This document shows positions 62,246 through 64,000 of a stretch of 64,000 nucleotides of DNA, in pieces. Position numbers and translations under genes: made by a program. Source of the stretch: Mustelus asterias (taxonomy: Eukaryota); assembly GCF_964213995.1 (NCBI RefSeq), contig NW_027590144.1:1054001-1118000 (forward strand), given 5' to 3'. The number at the start of each line of letters is the position of its first letter. Positions within the stretch are counted from its first letter, which is position 1. A model generated the notes under the pieces. That model was not told where the DNA came from. It saw only the letters and a list, made by a program, of their open reading frames with translations, and searched no databases.

Positions 62246-62560
62246 AGGCAGGCCGGGCAAGGCAGGCAGCAGCTCACCTCCCTCCTTCCTCCCCGCAGGG
62301 AGCGAAAAACAAACAAACCCAACAAAACAAAAACAAAAACCGGGCGTCTCCGTGAGCAAAAACGAGAGAAAAAAAAAAATAAAGGTACTCACAAAAAAAA
62401 GAAAAAAAAACAAACCCACAGTTTCCGCCCGGCTCCGACCCGGGCCCCCCGCTACTCGGGCGAACGTGAACTCACCCCACCCCGGAAACAAAGTGCAGGC
62501 GCTGCCCCAGAGGAGGCACGTTTCAGGCCGTCTGAAGCTCAATTCTCATTCAGAAAGACC

Positions 62561-64000
62561 TCTTTTTAGGTCAAACCAAGTAAACAAACTCAAATTAAAT
62601 CAGGACAAAGTAAAAGGGGCAGCTCCACAAAAAGGAGGGGGAACAGCCCGAACAGAAATCAAAATGCAAAGGAAACTTAAAAACATCAAATTAAAATGTG
62701 ATTATTAGGGTCAATAATGCACCCCAACCCCTGCGGTGCCCAGCGGGCGCGGAAAGCGTCAACCTCGCCCGTGGACACCGCATGCTCCCTCTCCAGGGAC
62801 ACCTGGCCGTGAACGTAGCCGCGGTAGAGGGGAAGACAGTCAGGATGGACAGCCCCCTCGATCGCCCGCTGCCTGGACCGGTAAATGGCGCGTTTCGCCA
62901 GGCCCAGGAGCAGGTTCACGAGGAGGTCGCCATCCCGACCCTCCCCTCTCCGCACCGGGTGTCCGTAGATCAGGAGCGTGGGACTGAAGTGCAAACAAAA
63001 CATCAATAAAAGGTTCTTCAGGAAAACATAAAGGGAGTGCAGCCTAAGACACTCAACATAGACATGGTCCACGGACTCCACAAGGCCACAGAAAGGGCAG
63101 TCTTCGGAGCCCGTGAACCAGTGAATCCTACGGTTGTGCGGAACTGCTGCATGCATCACCCTCCACCCCAGGTCCCCGACGTAATTGGGGGAGATCCCTC
63201 CGTAGAGGGACCTCCAGCGGGGACCTCCGCCGCCCGGCGGCAACAAGGCCCGCCAAGGTGTATCCGGGCGACAGGCGAGGAGGCGGTAGTGGAAGGTGTG
63301 CAGCAGCAGCCCGCACAGGAAACGCCTCCGCGCGGTAGAAAAAGGCACGGAGGGCATTTCCGCGAGGCGGCTCAGGCTGTGGGGCACCTCACCCAGGGGA
63401 GGGGGCTGAGGCTTTGGGCCAATGTGGAATTCCGCCCGAACAGGGGAACGCTCGGGCGGGATCCCACCGCACGCCTGTGCCGTCTCAAGTTTGCGTGCAG
63501 TTTCGGGGCCGAGCACGACCGTCCTAAGGTCTAGGATGGCTTTGGCCGCGCGCCGGACGGACGTCCCCGCGCGCTCAGCCAGCACGCGGGGACTCATCCA
63601 GCCCGCTCCTCCGCCATCGAGCACGTCCCCGATTCTGGTCACCCCGGCGTCCACAGCCCCCCTCTCCGCCAGCCACCTGAAGTTATACGGCTGGAGGAGC
63701 GGATTCCTGAGCAGCGGCTCTCGCACGAGAGCCGCTACTCCTGACGGGGGAGAGCTGCGTCGCGAGGCGACCTTGTTCCAGACAGTGAGGAGGTCCTGGT
63801 AAAAGACGGGCAACTCCTGCAGGGCGGTCGAAGCACGCCCCAGTTCGATATGCAGGAGCTGCACGTCATAATTGAGGCCGTGCCACTGGCGGAAGAAATA
63901 CGTCGCCATGGCACACCACTGTGGAGGGGGCTCAACGTAAAGGTACCTCTGCAGGGCCTGGAGGCGGAAGGTCGCTATCTGAGTGCGGAGGCACACCAGA
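62561..64000 (-). mobile_element. Tx1-clade element copy A: ORF2 3' end plus 3' UTR (runs off the window)
   Basis: ORF2 stop at 62686; T-rich 3' UTR ending ..gacctaaaaaga. Confidence 0.85.
62686..64000 (-). CDS. Tx1-clade ORF2 C-terminal region (post-RT, zinc finger), partial
   Basis: 436-aa uninterrupted frame with LREP-like LVREPLLRNP, DLGWRVMHAAV, CPFCGLVESVDHVYVEC, LLLGLAKRAIY. Confidence 0.9.
   Translation of the reverse strand, partial: LVCLRTQIATFRLQALQRYLYVEPPPQWCAMATYFFRQWHGLNYDVQLLHIELGRASTALQELPVFYQDLLTVWNKVASRRSSPPSGVAALVREPLLRNPLLQPYNFRWLAERGAVDAGVTRIGDVLDGGGAGWMSPRVLAERAGTSVRRAAKAILDLRTVVLGPETARKLETAQACGGIPPERSPVRAEFHIGPKPQPPPLGEVPHSLSRLAEMPSVPFSTARRRFLCGLLLHTFHYRLLACRPDTPWRALLPPGGGGPRWRSLYGGISPNYVGDLGWRVMHAAVPHNRRIHWFTGSEDCPFCGLVESVDHVYVECLRLHSLYVFLKNLLLMFCLHFSPTLLIYGHPVRRGEGRDGDLLVNLLLGLAKRAIYRSRQRAIEGAVHPDCLPLYRGYVHGQVSLEREHAVSTGEVDAFRARWAPQGLGCIIDPNNHILI

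Larger units (their letters stand above)
60073..62560 (-). mobile_element. Tx1-clade element copy B: 5' UTR plus partial ORF1
   Basis: GC/CpG-rich; ORF1 preceded by ~1.56 kb containing T-runs and a minisatellite. Confidence 0.75.

Noticed and set aside
61343-62542. 399-aa and 306-aa ORFs on the minus strand
   Set aside because: They are translations of the 28-bp minisatellite, with no domain content.

Overview
Repeat-rich vertebrate genomic DNA, most likely from a cartilaginous fish (shark), judging by HE1-type V-SINEs, CR1/HER1 LINEs, a shark-type ~65-bp tandem repeat and a shark-type VH. I found no intact host protein-coding gene. The window looks like a decayed edge of an antigen-receptor locus merging into a tRNA cluster. 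Main contents: (i) an IgM-type immunoglobulin heavy-chain V pseudogene on the minus strand (5077-5577), split by a palindromic insertion; (ii) a TCR alpha/delta-type V pseudogene with leader and RSS on the plus strand (51081-51596), and an orphan copy of its promoter (~42.2-42.4 kb); (iii) an old ~5-kb segmental duplication (1-5078 vs ~16490-21420) containing a ~200-bp block of ~93% identity that carries an octamer and a 12/22 head-to-head RSS-like (signal-joint-like) motif; (iv) tRNA genes: an intact-looking tRNA-Pro(AGG) with a 17-nt intron, a decayed intron-containing tRNA-Pro(TGG), tRNA-Gln(CTG) with degenerate copies, a tandem array of four tRNA-Val pseudogenes, and Glu and Lys relics; (v) two old hAT transposase fossils; (vi) many CR1 fragments (some nested), Rex1/Babar- and Penelope-like fragments; (vii) a young head-to-tail Tx1-clade retrotransposon tandem with a 28-bp minisatellite in its 5' UTR. 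All alignments were made by eye against remembered family consensus sequences, so repeat boundaries are approximate.
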